Shown: one piece after another, positions 9,566 through 20,270 of the stretch | Numbering within the stretch: the first letter of the stretch is position 1 | How the letters are laid out: the number at the start of each line of letters is the position of its first letter | Position numbers and translations under genes: made by a program | IMG/VR virus record: IMGVR_UViG_3300043436_000696 | DNA length: 64,000 bases | Strand: one strand, 5' to 3' | Origin: an uncultured virus (IMG/VR IMGVR_UViG_3300043436_000696) | Taxonomy: Duplodnaviria; Heunggongvirae; Uroviricota; Caudoviricetes | Notes under the pieces: generated by a model | What the model was told of the DNA's origin: nothing | Databases searched by the model: none | The model's input: the letters and a program-made list of their open reading frames with translations, nothing else

Positions 9566-10375
9566 TTATAAAAAGATTACACCATTGCTTGGTTCTAATT
9601 CTTCTTGCTCTTCTTCAATAGTTTCTACAAAATCTAATTCAGGTTGTACATATTTCTTAATGTTACCATATTGGTCCACAAAGAAACCATGTAGCTTCTG
9701 ATGATCTGATAGATAACTCATTGGATGTGAGTCTTTTAAGGCTAATGTAATATGATTGTATAGTGTCCATGCTGAATCAGCAGGAGCGTTATAGGTATGT
9801 GTTGGAGTTTCTAACTCACGCTTAACAATACCAACTTGAGAAAGTGTTAAAATATCTTGCTCTATCAGCAACTGGCCTACAATAGCAGCCTGCTGGCTTT
9901 TTGTAAGAGTGATATCTTTTAGCATATCTTTATCTTTAACTAACTGATCATAGAATCCTTTAGCATTAGCTATCTGATGTCTAATAGTATCAGTGGCTTC
10001 CTGTAAAGCATTGCCTGTATGTTTTCTTGCATAGTTAGATAAGTCTCCAGATACTACACCATTCATACAGATAAATACTTGGGCTCCAACTGCACATTTA
10101 AACTTCATCATTTTATTGTACGAGTTAGACCATGCAAACATAAGTCCCATGTCTTTGTCATTACCATAATTTAAATGATAGATACCTTGTGCTACTTCAC
10201 CGTTTAAGTTAGTCTTGTATATTTCTTTAGAAACCTCAAACCCTGCAGCCTGAAGTTCTTTTCTTGTTTCGTCTATAATATAACCATGAGGTATAACTGT
10301 ATAAGTTTTACCATGATTAGGAAGTACCGATGCTCTGATACGTTGTTCTGTTGTAAATTCTGTCTTGATTGGCAT
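9566..10375 (-). CDS. DUF932-like protein
   Basis: NSYN...GAQVFICMNG...RKHT and W.LYNHIT motifs. Start adjusted to MPIKTEF. Confidence 0.7.
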   Translation of the reverse strand: MPIKTEFTTEQRIRASVLPNHGKTYTVIPHGYIIDETRKELQAAGFEVSKEIYKTNLNGEVAQGIYHLNYGNDKDMGLMFAWSNSYNKMMKFKCAVGAQVFICMNGVVSGDLSNYARKHTGNALQEATDTIRHQIANAKGFYDQLVKDKDMLKDITLTKSQQAAIVGQLLIEQDILTLSQVGIVKRELETPTHTYNAPADSAWTLYNHITLALKDSHPMSYLSDHQKLHGFFVDQYGNIKKYVQPELDFVETIEEEQEELEPSNGVIFL

Positions 10376-10386
10376 TTTGTTTGATT

Positions 10387-12330
10387 TTAAAATAATGATA
10401 ATTGTGTGAAAGAGCAATGCTTAACTTTATTAATCTGCTCTATTTGCTTATATATGTTTTCTAAATAGTAATCCATGTCTATATCATAGTTTTCAAATGG
10501 TAAACTTGGATCTATTTCATTAACTACTTTCTGCATCCACTGGCCGGCTTCTACTTGCATTTCTCTACCGTCTGGATGACATTTTATAATTTTGTTACCT
10601 GTCTTAGTAACATAGTATCTAACAATCTTTTGTAGTTTATTAGTTACTAATTCTCCTTTTACAAGACTACGCTCTTCATAATGCCAACCACCTTTAGCTT
10701 TTACACCTGCACAGTAATCATAGAATGATTTGTTCTTTGCTAGAAACTCTTCAGGGGCTATACCATTTACAAAGTATGCATAGATTGCTTTTGGTATTAT
10801 AAGGAAAGACTTGTTTTTATGTAGCATAGCTACTTTCTTCTTTTCAAGATCTTCCCATTCAAAACGGCCTTTACATTTTACCTTTCCATTTTTGTATACA
10901 GCAATGTAATTATTTACATCACCGATAATCATTTTAGAATACTCGTCATGTTCTAAGTTGAGCTGCGTTAATTGCTGCCACTTATCACATACTTCCATAT
11001 ACTTAGGAATCAATGAGTTAGGTATCATCATTTCTAGACCATCTGTATTTTGCATAAGAGGAATACCTTCAGGAATCTCTAGACATAACATCTCATACAG
11101 CATTGATAGTAATAACTGACCGTTAATTGTAATCTGCATAGTCATCTTAGGGTCATATAGAAACGAGTTCTCGTCACCAGTAAGACCATATGTACTATTC
11201 AGAATAATCTTATATACATAATTCTTTGGATCTGTCTTTGGTATCTTTTTTCTCTCTTCAAAGAACCATTCATACAGGTCCCCAAATTCTTTCTGAGGTA
11301 AGTGCTCAGGATGAAATTTATTCTTAATAGCTAGATTAGGATAGAACGATGTTACATCTGATGTCATGATAGTCCATCCTGGTTGAGCTTCATACACTCC
11401 AGAGTCTTTAGCACCATGGATACCACCAAGACCATAGTCAGTCTTTACACCTTTATAATCAAGCGTAAACTTTAACTTGTCTTTAGTAGATGCAACTACC
11501 TTAGTTCTAAAGTAGTCATGCACTTTCTGAAATTCTGGAGTCTGGAATTTTACATACGGGAGTATACACTGTCCGAGATATATCTCATCTCTTTTAGTTC
11601 TGAGTCTTTTAATCTCTGCTTTATCCCATCCTAATTTCTTTTCAAGGAAAAACAAGAATAACTCTTTAGAGATTCTAGGCTCAGATGCTGAGTATAAATC
11701 TATACCGTATTCATTAGTAAGAGTCTTTCTTAACTCTATTTGCTCTTTAGAATGCTCTAATATCTTTTTAGTAGATAGTACATCATTAATACAGTATGTA
11801 ACGATGTCCTGCAGCTGTTGCTGATTTTCAACAGGTTTGCTATGATGATGTGGCATCTCTTCTACATTACCCCAATCCATGGAGTACTGTATCCACTTAA
11901 GGCTACTCATCTTAGCTTTATTATCCCAGTGATTCATTTTAAATAAATCTATCTGGCGGATCTTTAACTGTCTTGGAGCAAACTCTTGGAATTCACCACG
12001 ATCAGATCGGGTAATAATATCTTGAGCTAATTTATATAGATACGTAGCTACTTCTAAACCATTATTAATAGCTAGAAGAGCACGTTGATTTTTAATAATG
12101 TGTTGAGAGATCTGAGCATCAAATGCTAGACCATTATAAGATATGTGCCACTGATTAAGCTGGACACATTTATTAAGGAAGTCAATAAACTTAGGTAGAT
12201 CGTTTTGATCTTGATTGATGATAAATATCTCACTGATACTATCATCTTTATAGTGTTGGAATACACCTACAAAACAATTTGTTAGGGTCTCGTAGTCCAT
12301 TACCCAATGTGTAGGCATGTCTTTTTTCAT
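10387..12330 (-). CDS. polB: Family B DNA polymerase
   Basis: ExoI DYET, ExoII YNGLAFD, ExoIII YCINDV, motif A DVTSFYPN, motif B KIILNSTYG, motif C NTDG. Confidence 0.92.
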   Translation of the reverse strand: MKKDMPTHWVMDYETLTNCFVGVFQHYKDDSISEIFIINQDQNDLPKFIDFLNKCVQLNQWHISYNGLAFDAQISQHIIKNQRALLAINNGLEVATYLYKLAQDIITRSDRGEFQEFAPRQLKIRQIDLFKMNHWDNKAKMSSLKWIQYSMDWGNVEEMPHHHSKPVENQQQLQDIVTYCINDVLSTKKILEHSKEQIELRKTLTNEYGIDLYSASEPRISKELFLFFLEKKLGWDKAEIKRLRTKRDEIYLGQCILPYVKFQTPEFQKVHDYFRTKVVASTKDKLKFTLDYKGVKTDYGLGGIHGAKDSGVYEAQPGWTIMTSDVTSFYPNLAIKNKFHPEHLPQKEFGDLYEWFFEERKKIPKTDPKNYVYKIILNSTYGLTGDENSFLYDPKMTMQITINGQLLLSMLYEMLCLEIPEGIPLMQNTDGLEMMIPNSLIPKYMEVCDKWQQLTQLNLEHDEYSKMIIGDVNNYIAVYKNGKVKCKGRFEWEDLEKKKVAMLHKNKSFLIIPKAIYAYFVNGIAPEEFLAKNKSFYDYCAGVKAKGGWHYEERSLVKGELVTNKLQKIVRYYVTKTGNKIIKCHPDGREMQVEAGQWMQKVVNEIDPSLPFENYDIDMDYYLENIYKQIEQINKVKHCSFTQLSLF

Positions 12331-12373
12331 ATAGTACGGTTCAGTTAAGCTGTCCCCCCTTGGTTTAAAGCTG

Positions 12374-12400
12374 AAAAAAGGGGAGATTTCTCTCCCCTAT
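12374..12400 (-). terminator. Rho-independent terminator
   Basis: Minus strand AGGGGAGAGAAATCTCCCC followed by a T run, after 12421..12822. Confidence 0.7.
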
Positions 12401-12420
12401 TCCAGTTGTTTTGGGTTAGA

Positions 12421-12822
12421 TTATACGGTCACAATACTGCTTGGTGCAGTCTTAGGTTCTTCTACAAAGTATTGAGCATAATCAAAGCTATCAGCATTAA
12501 TAGCAAACATCTTAATAAAGTTTTCTACTTCACTAACGTTTTCTACATAATACTCATAGAATGTTTCTAATGTCTTACGCTCTTCTGCGTAATCTTTACC
12601 ATTAGCTCTTCTTCCAATTTTCATTGTCTGAGGATCACCAAACTCATTAAGCTTGGCTAACATGTGTAATGATTCTTTTTTCTCTTTAGAGATAACAGCT
12701 AACACTTTATTATCAGCATCAAAGATAGCCTCATTATAAGGGCAGTCTGATAATGCAGGTATTAACTTAAATGTTTTCTTACTTCCCCATGTTGAAGTAA
12801 CTAACAACATTGATTTATTCAT
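12421..12822 (-). CDS. Hypothetical protein
   Basis: 133-aa ORF with AAACCAAAT leader and a TAATTTTG box at 12836-12843. Confidence 0.7.
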   Translation of the reverse strand: MNKSMLLVTSTWGSKKTFKLIPALSDCPYNEAIFDADNKVLAVISKEKKESLHMLAKLNEFGDPQTMKIGRRANGKDYAEERKTLETFYEYYVENVSEVENFIKMFAINADSFDYAQYFVEEPKTAPSSIVTV

Positions 12823-12840
12823 ATTTGGTTTTTTACAAAA

Positions 12841-13401
12841 TTAAGGAGTCTTCTCCAATAATTCCAAATCTTTTATTGGAATTTTTAAAGTTTCTTTTTC
12901 TAGGTTACAAGCATCACAAAGCTCTACATTCTTTTTAAGAACGTCAATATCCACATCTAAAAGCTTGGCATATACTCCGTGGTACTTTTCTGGGTATAAA
13001 TAAGTTTCCATATACTTATATTCTGAAGATGTCTCTCCATAATAAGCTTTGATGGCTCTTTTTAATACAACAGAAAGCTGTGAGTATTTACCTAATAGAA
13101 AGTTAAACCAATCATCTTTATACATATCAAAGTTAAATATATAAAGTGTATAGTCTTTAACATCTAGTTTACTTTCAAATAAAGGATTAGTGAGAAGCAT
13201 TTGTGTTTCAAATGTTTTAAATCCTTCTGTATCAGTTGGTTTAAATGCTACTATTAGTTTCATATCCTCAGGATCTATCTTTCCCTCAAGAGAAAGATAG
13301 GTTCCTGTAGGAGTAATATTACTAGTACGTCTTATACCAAGTGCCGGATATAGAAATGATCGTGACTTTTGAAAATACTTCCCATAAAGGCTTTCTATCA
13401 T
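12841..13401 (-). CDS. Hypothetical protein
   Basis: 186-aa ORF in replication operon. Confidence 0.7.
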   Translation of the reverse strand: MIESLYGKYFQKSRSFLYPALGIRRTSNITPTGTYLSLEGKIDPEDMKLIVAFKPTDTEGFKTFETQMLLTNPLFESKLDVKDYTLYIFNFDMYKDDWFNFLLGKYSQLSVVLKRAIKAYYGETSSEYKYMETYLYPEKYHGVYAKLLDVDIDVLKKNVELCDACNLEKETLKIPIKDLELLEKTP

Positions 13402-13410
13402 ATTTTTTCT

Positions 13411-14439
13411 TTATAATGTTACAGAGCCCGTAGCAAATTCATATGGTAGTTCATAGCTTCTATTAGTATAGTGCCATGTTGCTTTTTCTATCACACTGAA
13501 GAATCTCTCTAACCAATCACTATATGTAGTGCTTGATATTGGAAATGCATACGTTTGGAATGCTCTATCAATAACTACAAAATGGAATTTAACGTTATAC
13601 CCTTTATCTATCATTTCTTTATAGATTGTAGTAACCATTGCTAAATAAATAGTTGCCTGCAACCAATAAGAATAGAACTCTACGCTTTCCGGGAAGTCTT
13701 TTAAATCTTTACTAGTAGTCTTAATATCATTTACAAATATAATCTTTTTGTCATGATCTATAACAAGATTATCTATAATTCCTTTAAGACCAAAAGGTTT
13801 ATCTACTAATTCTATCTGTACAGGAATCTCATTGTGAACTTCCATATTACTAAAATCATTAATATTAGCTCCAATTAGATCTGAGATAGACTTATTAGCC
13901 TTAATTAAATCTACTGCATTTTTACAATAATCAAAAGTTTCTTGATCAATTAAAGTTTTATTTCCTTTAATCTTAAGAAAATCCCAATAGTTAAGTGCTT
14001 CTGCAGTAATTACTTTTTCTACACGTTGTTGATCTGTCTTAAGATTTTGAAAGTAATTTATATCTTTCATTACATCTAAGATAGCACCATCAAATTCTTC
14101 TAACTTAGTACGAGTATCACCGTCTTGAGCTATTTCAGCATGATGATTATATACTCTATCTACTATTATTTTGATGTTATCACCAGGGAGTTTGCCGGGG
14201 CTAATAACAAACTGGTCATTAAACTTCTCTTCTTCTAAAAGAAGTGCGTGGATAATCTTACCTTGTATTAAGTGTGCATCAGTACGTTCTTCTTTATTGC
14301 CTAGAACATACATCTGATAAAATACTGCAGGATTCCACATAAGCTTATTCAAGCTACTATAAGAGAAGTAAAACTTCTTACTATAAAAATCATCTTGTAA
14401 TTTGATGATCGTATCTTCCATTAATGCTTCTAGTTCCAT
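13411..14439 (-). CDS. PD-(D/E)XK exonuclease (RecB/Cas4-like)
   Basis: SYSSL, G.IIH, KGIIDNL...NDIKT, Y.LQ..Y. Confidence 0.8.
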   Translation of the reverse strand: MELEALMEDTIIKLQDDFYSKKFYFSYSSLNKLMWNPAVFYQMYVLGNKEERTDAHLIQGKIIHALLLEEEKFNDQFVISPGKLPGDNIKIIVDRVYNHHAEIAQDGDTRTKLEEFDGAILDVMKDINYFQNLKTDQQRVEKVITAEALNYWDFLKIKGNKTLIDQETFDYCKNAVDLIKANKSISDLIGANINDFSNMEVHNEIPVQIELVDKPFGLKGIIDNLVIDHDKKIIFVNDIKTTSKDLKDFPESVEFYSYWLQATIYLAMVTTIYKEMIDKGYNVKFHFVVIDRAFQTYAFPISSTTYSDWLERFFSVIEKATWHYTNRSYELPYEFATGSVTL

Positions 14440-14765
14440 CCTTCTGATGTTTCTTGTTTTAATAATTTCTGAGCTGCTTCACAGATCATCATACCTGAAA
14501 TTTGATTACCCCTATCAAGTCCTTGTTCTATACAGAATTCAGGGTACTTTTCATAGAAAGAATGTGCTACATCTCTCCATGTATAATCATCATCACATCT
14601 CCACTGTCTAACATCTGACGTCATATCAGCTGTCATATTATCTTCTATTTTTTGCATAGCTGCATCCCAGTGTTTTTTAAATTCTACTCTTGCTGCAGCC
14701 AATTCAGGGTCATTCCATACTGTACTAAATTTAGGAGTACTATCCAATTCTTGATTATCTTCCAT
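14430..14765 (-). CDS. Hypothetical protein
   Basis: 111-aa ORF with AAACCAATAAT leader. Confidence 0.6.
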   Translation of the reverse strand: MEDNQELDSTPKFSTVWNDPELAAARVEFKKHWDAAMQKIEDNMTADMTSDVRQWRCDDDYTWRDVAHSFYEKYPEFCIEQGLDRGNQISGMMICEAAQKLLKQETSEGWN

Positions 14766-14777
14766 ATTATTGGTTTA

Positions 14778-14984
14778 TTATTTTGAAGGCCATAATCCTA
14801 GCTCTATAAGTTTTTCACTCATACGTTGCTGAGATCTAGTATCTACTGTCATTGCTTCCTCATACTCAAGGAAGTGAACTAATTCTTTAATTAGATCATT
14901 ACAGTTTTTAAGCTTTTGAGTTATACTTGTTAACTCTGCTTGACAGTCTTCAGCTCTAAAACTGTCTCTATGTAAATCGTCCAT
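14778..14984 (-). CDS. Hypothetical coiled-coil protein
   Basis: Start adjusted to MDDLHR, just after the HNH stop. Confidence 0.55.
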   Translation of the reverse strand: MDDLHRDSFRAEDCQAELTSITQKLKNCNDLIKELVHFLEYEEAMTVDTRSQQRMSEKLIELGLWPSK

Positions 14985-14985
14985 G

Positions 14986-15381
14986 TTACTTTTGTTTTTC
15001 AAGTTTTGTTTTAGCATCATGGCATTTCTCACATAAGACCTGTAAGTTATCTTGTTCACAGAACAATCTATCTACAAATCCTGGAAGGTCTGCCCCACAG
15101 TTTAAACTACCTGCTCCTACTATATGGTCAACGTTAATACTTTTTTCTGGAAACCATCTATGACAATTATTACATTCATATTCAAACTTCTGTCTCTTAT
15201 TAGGACCTTTATAAGGTCTACGAGCTTCTAGCTTACATTGTGTAATAGGTTTCCACCATCTAGACTTCTGTCTGAGTGTACTACGTATAAAACTCCAAAA
15301 AGCAGATTCTGTCATTGTACCAGCATTTCTAGTCTTTACAGCTTTACTAACTCTTTTGGTTGGTTTCTTTTTAGTTGCCAT
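14986..15381 (-). CDS. HNH endonuclease
   Basis: CNNC...VDHI...NLQVLCEKCHDAKT. Confidence 0.85.
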   Translation of the reverse strand: MATKKKPTKRVSKAVKTRNAGTMTESAFWSFIRSTLRQKSRWWKPITQCKLEARRPYKGPNKRQKFEYECNNCHRWFPEKSINVDHIVGAGSLNCGADLPGFVDRLFCEQDNLQVLCEKCHDAKTKLEKQK

Positions 15382-16349
15382 TATAGTTTTTTATTTATTA
15401 AAGGAACTAGTCTATTTCTTACTTCTTTAGCTCCATAGTCTTTTATTGAGTCAGATAAGTCTTTACTCATAGGAAGAAGAAGTATTTCCACTGCAGGATA
15501 AGTAGCTTTATACTTTTCCATGGCTTTAATACCTGCTTCATCATTATCAAACATTACAATTACTTTCTTATACTCTTCAATAAACTTTTCCATAGTGTCT
15601 TTCTTTATCATAGAATTCTCACTATCTGGAGCTACAATATTTATATTAGATAACTTAAGGGATCTAAGAGACATCATATCTTTTAGACTAGATAATACTA
15701 TCAGATAATCATTGTCTTCAAGATGTTGCTCACCCTGTAAATAGTCTTTGATTTTTAAGAATTTCTTATCAAAAGTTTTAGGCTGGTATATTTTATAAAG
15801 CTCCCCGCCCTTAGTAAAATAACCATATATATAGTTACCGCTAATGACTAGTTCTTTATCATCTTTTACCATTGTATAATATGCCAAAGGTCTTACACAA
15901 TACTCTTCTAATATTCTAGATCCAATATTAAACTGTGTCCAGAAATACTGATCCTGTGTAGTCCATTGCCTAAAAGCATATTTATCTACTTTATATTTAG
16001 ATTGTTCCTTAAACTCTTTTACATCGTATCCACCATTATTGTGTAATACAAAATCATTATAAGCTTCTACAATTATTGTACAAGCTTTATGATATGATAA
16101 GTTCTCTATATCTTTTACAAGATCAATTGCTGAACCACCTTTACCAGTTGAAAAATCTTTATATTTATACACTTTAGACTTTAAATCAAAGTATATACAC
16201 ATACTAGGAGTACGTTCTTTAGAATTAAACAAACTCTTAATTTTTATATCTTGCCCACTAAGCTTTTCTTTAAGCTTACAGAAGTGTTCAAATATCCAAG
16301 GTGTTGGTACATCTTTTACATCATGTACCAGATTTTTAGTTTTAAACAT
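15381..16349 (-). CDS. DNA primase (Toprim; DnaG-like)
   Basis: N-terminal ERTPSM...YKDFSTGKGGSAIDLV, SSLKD, Toprim FDNDEAG, KDLSD. Confidence 0.8.
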   Translation of the reverse strand: MFKTKNLVHDVKDVPTPWIFEHFCKLKEKLSGQDIKIKSLFNSKERTPSMCIYFDLKSKVYKYKDFSTGKGGSAIDLVKDIENLSYHKACTIIVEAYNDFVLHNNGGYDVKEFKEQSKYKVDKYAFRQWTTQDQYFWTQFNIGSRILEEYCVRPLAYYTMVKDDKELVISGNYIYGYFTKGGELYKIYQPKTFDKKFLKIKDYLQGEQHLEDNDYLIVLSSLKDMMSLRSLKLSNINIVAPDSENSMIKKDTMEKFIEEYKKVIVMFDNDEAGIKAMEKYKATYPAVEILLLPMSKDLSDSIKDYGAKEVRNRLVPLINKKL

Positions 16350-16421
16350 GAGCTAAGGTTTAAAAAATTGGGGGAAGTAGAAACCTCCCCCTCATATTTA
16401 TGTATATATGAAAAAGAAAGT

Positions 16422-17033
16422 TTACATATTAAAGTCATCGTTAACAGGCTCAAAACCAGCTACTGGCTTGTTCTGCAATGCTTTATAATGGTATTGATTA
16501 TTCTTATCAAACTTCTCTAATTTAGTTTCATCTGCATTTGCAAACTTAAACTTAGGAAGTGACAACTTAACAATTGTTTTTCCATTATACTCTTCTTCTT
16601 GACCCTTAAGGAAGAAATATAAATTCTTACCTTTTAATAACTTAGATACTTGTGCAACCCAGTCTTCAATACTAGATGCAGCAATTGTATCTAACTCATC
16701 TTTTAAACCCAATTCTACAGCAATGATGCTAAGTTTCATCATGATCTCATTCTTAGACGGGCTTGTCTCGTTATAAGAATCAATCCACATACTTGCAGAT
16801 ACTCTTGCTGATTGTCCTGTAAACTTAGGACCACTGTCGTTACCTTTTTCTATAGACCATCCTTCAAAGTTTTCTAACGCAGGTCCCTCTAAAACTAATT
16901 CTAGAGATTTCTTTCCTGTGTTTTTTGACTCTCTTACTGATGCACTAAAAATGTGTGCATAAACTACTCCTGGTTGCAGAGACTTCTGTACTCCACCACC
17001 TTGTTTTACTTCTTGTCCTTTTGTACTAAACAT
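16422..17033 (-). CDS. Putative single-stranded DNA-binding protein
   Basis: Lies between the AAA_24 ATPase and primase; beta-rich with acidic tail (VNDDFNM). Confidence 0.5.
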   Translation of the reverse strand: MFSTKGQEVKQGGGVQKSLQPGVVYAHIFSASVRESKNTGKKSLELVLEGPALENFEGWSIEKGNDSGPKFTGQSARVSASMWIDSYNETSPSKNEIMMKLSIIAVELGLKDELDTIAASSIEDWVAQVSKLLKGKNLYFFLKGQEEEYNGKTIVKLSLPKFKFANADETKLEKFDKNNQYHYKALQNKPVAGFEPVNDDFNM

Positions 17034-17065
17034 ACTGTTTGTTTTATAAATGTGAAACGTTTAAA

Positions 17066-17749
17066 CTAATTTTCAAAATCTGTTATTGCTTTCTTAACTA
17101 AACCTAAATCGTTTGGTATCTCAAAGGTATCAAACATTCCTTTAGGTGACTTACATGTATTATCACCTGTAGTCTGAGTTTCAAAAACATATCTAATAAC
17201 ATCATCTTTACCTTTCTTTACCTTACCATATAGCACAATAGAGAAAAGACCTTCTAAGGTAAGCTTTTCATCAACCATTTTACCGATTGTTTTAGCTTTT
17301 AATTTTCTCTTACCGTCCATATCAGTAGATTCTTCAGCATGTGTTAAAAAGAACACTGTTAAGTCATCTCTCAAATCTTTAGGCATTCTAGCTATACGAG
17401 CTAGACCTGCACCAATCTGAGTAAATTTCTCATAGCCCTTCTCGTCTACTCTTTCAAAAAACTCAAATGAGCTCATGTACTGAAAATCATCTATTACTAT
17501 AGTTTTGATTTCAGGACGCTTATCATTTATGTACTGTAATGCTGCATGTATATGCTGTGTACCAGACTTATCATACATGTTTCCTGTTGGATTGTCTTTA
17601 GACCAAAGTGTATACTTTGTTTTCCAACCTTTAAATGGTAGCGGTTTGTTAGCTACATTAATAATGAATGTTTCCTTCGGGTCCAGTGTCTCAATAGCTG
17701 TAGACTTACCTGCACCTGACTCTGCAATAATTAATACTCCTTGTGCCAT
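17066..17749 (-). CDS. AAA_24 / Sak4-like ATPase
   Basis: AESGAGKST Walker A, IVIDDFQY Walker B, LTHAE, KTIGKM, KSPKGMF. Confidence 0.85.
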   Translation of the reverse strand: MAQGVLIIAESGAGKSTAIETLDPKETFIINVANKPLPFKGWKTKYTLWSKDNPTGNMYDKSGTQHIHAALQYINDKRPEIKTIVIDDFQYMSSFEFFERVDEKGYEKFTQIGAGLARIARMPKDLRDDLTVFFLTHAEESTDMDGKRKLKAKTIGKMVDEKLTLEGLFSIVLYGKVKKGKDDVIRYVFETQTTGDNTCKSPKGMFDTFEIPNDLGLVKKAITDFEN

Positions 17750-17766
17750 GTGATTGTTATTATATG

Positions 17767-18360
17767 TTATTTAGATTTTATAAGCTCGTTTAACCAAGTC
17801 TTGGCACTTACAGGTTTACCTGTATGAATAGCATAGTAGTCTCTTATAGTCATTTCACTATAAGGAGCATCTGCCATTTCCATAGGAGCTGGTGCTTTGT
17901 ATATGTGCACATCCTTTAAAACAGGATTAGGATTGGTTGTAAATACGTTCTCTGTACTTTCAACAGCGGCATACTTACTGATTGCAATAGATTGAGGATT
18001 AACAGATCTCAATTGTTCAATAGGAACTAAATAAGAACCTTTCTCATTTAACTCATACTCTTCTTCAAAAGCTGAGTTATATGGGATTCTATATACTGTT
18101 CGTTTAGGATCTACTGGATCTAGTTCTCTAGTAACTAATTCAAAGTAGAAACCTTTTTCTTTCTTAAATTCTGATGAGAAAATACCAACTACAAGAGTAC
18201 CTTGTTTATTATGAAATGGCATTTTCATATTGAAGTCTGTGATACTAATACCAAGATCTTCAATTAACGTTTTATGGTAAGTACGTATAGCATCTAGCTT
18301 GCTACGCTTCCATTCTTTTTTCTGCTCTTCTGGAGACTGTAAAAAATTAAAATCTGACAT
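17767..18360 (-). CDS. Hypothetical protein
   Basis: C-terminal MTIRDYYAI...KPVS motif. Confidence 0.65.
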   Translation of the reverse strand: MSDFNFLQSPEEQKKEWKRSKLDAIRTYHKTLIEDLGISITDFNMKMPFHNKQGTLVVGIFSSEFKKEKGFYFELVTRELDPVDPKRTVYRIPYNSAFEEEYELNEKGSYLVPIEQLRSVNPQSIAISKYAAVESTENVFTTNPNPVLKDVHIYKAPAPMEMADAPYSEMTIRDYYAIHTGKPVSAKTWLNELIKSK

Positions 18361-18371
18361 AGTGTATAATG

Positions 18372-19430
18372 TTAGGGTTGGAATGTGTTTTGTGTTGTGA
18401 ATGTTTGATTCTGCTGCTGATTTCTAGCAGAACGTCTCTGATATGTACCTGTAGGATTTTGAGAAGCAAACTCTGCTACTTCTACTAATTTCTGTCTATT
18501 GAAATTAGCATCCATAAATAATAAGTTATTATCATCAGAACCGTTTCTTACTTTAAGTAAATGCATAAAGATATGATTCTTTTGAACATCATACTCTTTA
18601 GGACCATATAAAGGTATATTAGCTTTGAATGGATTATTTAAAGCAATCAATATATCTGATCCTTGCATAAGAGCATCCCCGCCAAATACATCTGATGATA
18701 CTGGATAGTTACCAATTTTACCTGGCTCTTTTCTAGATGGCTCATCAATTGTTCTATTTAACTGAGTAATCATAAAGATGATAACAGGAAGTTCTTTCTT
18801 AACTTGCATTAATGCTTCTACAGTGTTATACAATGTAGCAATCTTCTCTTTCTCATCTGGTGCTTTTTTAATTAACCAGCTATGATCTATAGTTACTATC
18901 AAAGGCTTACTGCCAAGAGCAACATAAAATTGTTTAATGGCATCTACTATCTCTCTATTGTTAATAGGATTATTAATCTGTAATCTATGTATTCCTATAC
19001 TTTCTAATGCTTCTGCTTCTTTAATATAATTTAATAATAGATTATAGTTAAAGTCATCAAGAGCTTTAGTAGTACTTAAGATTTCATTATAGTCAAGAGC
19101 AGTCTCTGCAGCAAAGGCTCTAGAGCCTGACTGTTTAGCTCCCATCTCAAATTGGAACTCTAAAATATTAAAATCTTGTGTAGGATTTAATTTACGAGCT
19201 TCTCTTAAAATTTGACTTACAATAAGTGTTTTACCTGCACCAGGTCTTGCACCAATTGTAACAAGAGAGCCCCATTCTATACCATTGACACCTGCTTTAT
19301 TAAGTCCAGGCCATGGTGTAAGTAAAGATTTGATATTACCTTTACGTCTATCATCTACGTACTTAGCTGTTTCTTTTAAGATCTCTGAGTACTTTCTAGC
19401 TCCGTAAGGTCTTTCTTTTGCATCAGACAT
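18372..19430 (-). CDS. dnaB: DnaB-like replicative helicase
   Basis: GARPGAGKT, FEM, IDH, TQLNR, SD...GDALMQ.SD, KVRNG. Confidence 0.88.
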   Translation of the reverse strand: MSDAKERPYGARKYSEILKETAKYVDDRRKGNIKSLLTPWPGLNKAGVNGIEWGSLVTIGARPGAGKTLIVSQILREARKLNPTQDFNILEFQFEMGAKQSGSRAFAAETALDYNEILSTTKALDDFNYNLLLNYIKEAEALESIGIHRLQINNPINNREIVDAIKQFYVALGSKPLIVTIDHSWLIKKAPDEKEKIATLYNTVEALMQVKKELPVIIFMITQLNRTIDEPSRKEPGKIGNYPVSSDVFGGDALMQGSDILIALNNPFKANIPLYGPKEYDVQKNHIFMHLLKVRNGSDDNNLLFMDANFNRQKLVEVAEFASQNPTGTYQRRSARNQQQNQTFTTQNTFQP

Positions 19431-19633
19431 TATACAGAGGTTATAAGTTTATTAAGATCTGTTCTTACTTCGTTTAAGACTTCTAGCTTAGCTTCTAAAG
19501 TTGCTTTAGCTATTAAGTTTTCTGCAGCTAATTTGAAACCGTCTAGGCTAATTCCGTAAACTGATTTCTTTTCATTTAGGGGAAGGGTGATCTGATAGAA
19601 CATTGATTCTATCTCTTTTTCATAATTTTGCAT
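19430..19633 (-). CDS. Hypothetical protein
   Basis: Start adjusted to MQNYEKE; TAACTTTA box upstream. Confidence 0.55.
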   Translation of the reverse strand: MQNYEKEIESMFYQITLPLNEKKSVYGISLDGFKLAAENLIAKATLEAKLEVLNEVRTDLNKLITSV

Positions 19634-19709
19634 AATGTAGTTTTGTAATTTTGAGGGATGTAAAGTTAATACATGTAAAGTCAGATTCCAAGAAATAACT
19701 AAACTATTT

Positions 19710-20270
19710 TTAAATATCATTTAGTATTTTAGGATTATCTATAATAGCTTGACAAGTATCCGCTAATTTGGAGGTGTCATTCTTCATTATAAAGTAACTA
19801 CTTGTTACCATAAATTTAAATCCTACCTTCTTATAATAATTTACGTAATAATCTGTAGCATCTAAAATTAATTCCCAATCATACTGTGGATACTTTTTAA
19901 AGAATTTTACAAATTTATCTGCTAACTCAGATGGACTTTGCCTACCTAACTCTTTGGAAGGTAATCTCTTATCAGGGAACATTTCCCTATATTCATTAAC
20001 ATTTTTCATAAAGTCATCACCTAAAATTTGTTTAGTAATTTTGGTTTTAGTCTTCTTTAAAAACGTCTCAAACTCATCTAAAATATATATAGCTCCTTCT
20101 GTTAGGTTTCCCTCAGGAGTAATCCAACCTCTTTCCAGACACACTACTTTTAGTGCTTCTGCATTAATAACTTGGCTTGGTACAATCTTTTCTCTACAGC
20201 TATCTAGATAGTATAGCTGATTAGGACTAATATTGTATTTCCTGCAAACGTTCCATAATTGGTGACCCAT
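19710..20270 (-). CDS. Hypothetical replication-region protein
   Basis: 186-aa ORF upstream of DnaB; may be an initiator/loader-like protein (inference from position). Confidence 0.6.
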   Translation of the reverse strand: MGHQLWNVCRKYNISPNQLYYLDSCREKIVPSQVINAEALKVVCLERGWITPEGNLTEGAIYILDEFETFLKKTKTKITKQILGDDFMKNVNEYREMFPDKRLPSKELGRQSPSELADKFVKFFKKYPQYDWELILDATDYYVNYYKKVGFKFMVTSSYFIMKNDTSKLADTCQAIIDNPKILNDI